Of a stretch of DNA of 64,000 bases, positions 61,037-64,000 are shown in pieces (within the stretch, counting starts at the first letter, position 1; each line of letters opens with the position of its first letter). This DNA is from Nymphaea colorata (Eukaryota): NCBI RefSeq assembly GCF_008831285.2, contig NC_045138.2:19902001-19966000 (forward strand), read 5' to 3'. The translations under genes were made by a program, and so were the position numbers. The notes beneath the pieces are model-generated. The model ran no database searches. It had not been told where the DNA came from and was given only the letters and a program-made list of their open reading frames with translations.

Positions 61037-64000
61037 AGATGGAAGTATTTGCTTGGGGGCAAAGGAAAGGCTTGCTTTTTCCGAAACAGAATTTTGGATC
61101 CACGGTGGTGATTGGTGCTGGTTGACTCAGCCTGGGAGAATCTCCACAAAAAGGTTACCCAACCGCAGCTTCGTTTGATAGAAACAGGAGCCTTTCCTTT
61201 GTCTCCATTGGTGCTTTTCGACGTGATTTCGACACGTACGAGCTGGACGCTTGTGTGTTTCCTTGTCGTTTCTTTGTGTTTGAAAACTTTACATGCGTGT
61301 GGATTGATTTTTGATTGAACTTTGTTTATGGCCCTTTCTTTCAAATCAGCGTCTACGTGGAGCAAGTTTAAATTTGGGTGAACTTTAGATGGTGAGGCCT
61401 GCCTTTTCCTTACAATTTGACGAAATTCTTTTGTAGCATCTTGGTAATAGACTGGAGTAATAATTTCTATTTGAAAAATTGCCAAATAGGTTCTAAGATA
61501 GCAAGAACACCGTTTGTCCATTTCTTTTACTTGGTGAATCTCTGTTTTGCACTTGAACTTAAAAAATCTAATGGTTCTTGATTTTATTGTAATATAGGGA
61601 AGAATACGCGTTAAAATTCTTAGTTGCATCTTTCTCTTAGTTGTTCCTTGTCTTATTCCCTCCAACTTTTTTCCCGATTCGTTCTTTTATTCTCTTTTGA
61701 CACTGCAAGGCTGCAAGCACGGTTAATCCCTTTCCTCTTTTTGGACACAACAGTGCGTTCACACTCGGCTGCTGCGAATTCATGGAAAATGCCACTTTGC
61801 CTTTCTTGCGGTACGACGTGGCTTCAAGGAGTTTGCAATTGTGGGAGTTTCATATTTGTCGTAACATGCCGCACTAAAGTTCATCACTCGTTCCTCATTT
61901 TCTTCCCAGACAAACCCGGGTAAGTCCAAGCCTCCTAGATTATGCAAATTTCGTTTCAATTTGTACCCTCATTAGATTATGCGAAGAGCGACCCGCATGT
62001 GGGATATCGAGCTTCTGATTCTCTTCAATTTGAAGGCCTGGAGTCCAACCGTCCAACCAGGTGAACCGAGGTCGGGTTAGCTGCAAAGCCTAGCTTCTGA
62101 TCAGCTAATTTTGTTCGAAAACGGAAAAAGTCTTGCCCTAGATTAAATTTCAGAAAATGGAAAACAAGAAGGATTGAGTCTCGGCGCCACCAGGAAGCTG
62201 GCTTGAATCATGGGAGCAGGTCCTTCCTGTCCTTTCTGTATCGCCACCGCCTCTGCAAGTGCATGCTTTTTCAGTAATGGATACCAACAGCACAAATTTA
62301 CTTTACACAAACATTTGTGATGCGTTCCAAGCTTCCCACTTTCCACCAAGTAACAATAAAATTAAATTACTTCGGAATAGGTGTCTTTTGATAATTCAGA
62401 AACATTATTTATGCATTTCAATCTTTCCACTTTCTACTGTTAAACTAACATAATATTTTGTTCTTGGAACAGGTGTCTTGGCGAATGATTGAACTTCTTT
62501 TTAGGTTTGGAGGAAGATAATAAGAAGATTGTATGTAAAGAACTCAACACAAAATAAACTTGAAAAGTTAGAACTTCGCTACCTTTTCCGTAGATTACTG
62601 CAAAAGCAGGACTTTTTCTAGAATCAAAATTTATCAAGGAACTCTACGCCAAAATAACACCACGGTTTCTTAGTTAACATTTTACATTAACTATTATTTG
62701 TTGAAGACACCACTTTACATTAACTAGCCAAACTTAAAACAGGGGAAAAAGCTACAAAAAAGAGTAGCTAACATGCTAATAATTTAGAAATCACAAGAAA
62801 TAAAAACAAGTATGCGGAGAGGTCACCTATTATCTCAAAAACTGGATTGAAAAAGGAGAAAAGACGTTTTTAATATTTGTCTAAAAACAATAAATATATC
62901 GTGCCTTAAGCATCCACTAGCTTCAAGCACCAGATGGACGTCGGCTTGACACGTGTGTGCCGGATCATTGTCGGCCCCTTCTTCGCCGTCTTCCCTTCAA
63001 CTAAAAGATGGGTTTCTCTTGGGGAGAGACGGTGTACCTCGCCTGTAGACTAGATATTCTCGGACAAATATATTTTTTAAAATTTAAAATTTTACATGAA
63101 AAATTTAAAAATTTTAGTTTAACCTACACAAAAAATAATTTGAAAAACTTGAATTCTCGTTAAAATTTTGAAACTACAATTCAACCCCTGACAAAAAATT
63201 CCGCCCTTTGCGAACCCCTTCTTTCGTTCTGTCGGTAAAGAAATCCTGTACAATCGTCTTCCCATCGCCTAAACGCAACCAAGCGGTGAAGGGAAGATCC
63301 CGCTCGTCGCCAAGTCTGCAATGGCCGGCCTGATAGACCGCCGGCCCTCCTGGTCACCGACAGGATTTCGGATAATTCTACTGCGGTGGTCCATTGCGTG
63401 AAGATCACGCTGTCCTGCACAAGGCTTTGAGTTTTGAGCTTTACTTAAACTTGGAGCCGAGCTTGAGTTTTACGGAACAAACTTTGGCACGACCAATCGT
63501 GTTTGTACTTGGTCTCCTATTCTAAGCTTGAGGAGAGTTAACCAGCACGCAAAGCTGCCTGCTGAGCCCAGTACGAAAGAAATATTGTGCAACAATAAGT
63601 ACTACAACTTAAGCGAGTTGAAACTTTAGGTTGAACCACATGCATTTAGTAATCCTATCAAGTTAGAGCTACTAGTTTACTTCAGCCTTTGACTCTGCTT
63701 AGACTGTGAAGTGATGAGCAAGAAATTCATTGAAGAGAAGAGAATGACCCGGTAAAAGTGAAAAGTTCTCACACATGATATTGTTCACCACATATATAAA
63801 TATTCCAAAACCAGCATTTGTGAAATCAAAAGAGATAGTTTATCCTTTATGATAAAAAATGGAACTTAATGGAGGTGTACATCAGCAGATTTTACTTGAG
63901 ACGTATCACAATCTTGATTTGTTTTCTTTGAATGTACAACTTTCTGCTAGCATCTCAATTCTGGGGTCAAGCGAAGATTTTGATTTTGAATGTTCAGCTA

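Noticed and set aside
61021..61665. 214-aa minus-strand ORF upstream of the annexin
   Set aside because: Non-ATG start, no recognisable domain, and it runs through the annexin TATA region. Most likely chance.
62143..62349. HALAEAVAIQKG resembling a plant retroelement RNase H-like motif
   Set aside because: A single short motif with no supporting catalytic residues around it; too weak to call.

Overview
AT-rich, intron-containing plant nuclear DNA with many (TA)n/(GA)n microsatellites and MITEs. It is an angiosperm; an early-diverging lineage such as a water lily is a guess from repeat style only. I reconstructed five protein-coding genes exon by exon, all with GT-AG introns and intact frames: Hsp90 co-chaperone p23-2 (+, 6 coding exons, 155 aa), an ABO6-like mitochondrial DExH RNA helicase (-, 19 exons, 1125 aa), cytosolic cobalamin-independent methionine synthase (+, 12 coding exons, 765 aa), an RTM2-like membrane-anchored alpha-crystallin-domain protein (-, 2 exons, 198 aa) and a divergent annexin (-, 5 exons, 319 aa). 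The most interesting unexplained signal is at about 53.5-54.7 kb. It is a densely base-paired + strand non-coding unit behind a TATA-like box, ending in a motif that resembles ENOD40 region II, and it faces the annexin gene. Also notable are an in-frame stop between a strong upstream ATG and the helicase ORF, a tandem repeat in p23-2 intron 3 that creates candidate micro-exons, two solo LTRs and several hAT/Tourist elements with recognisable target-site duplications. All homology calls come from recalled family motifs, not database searches.
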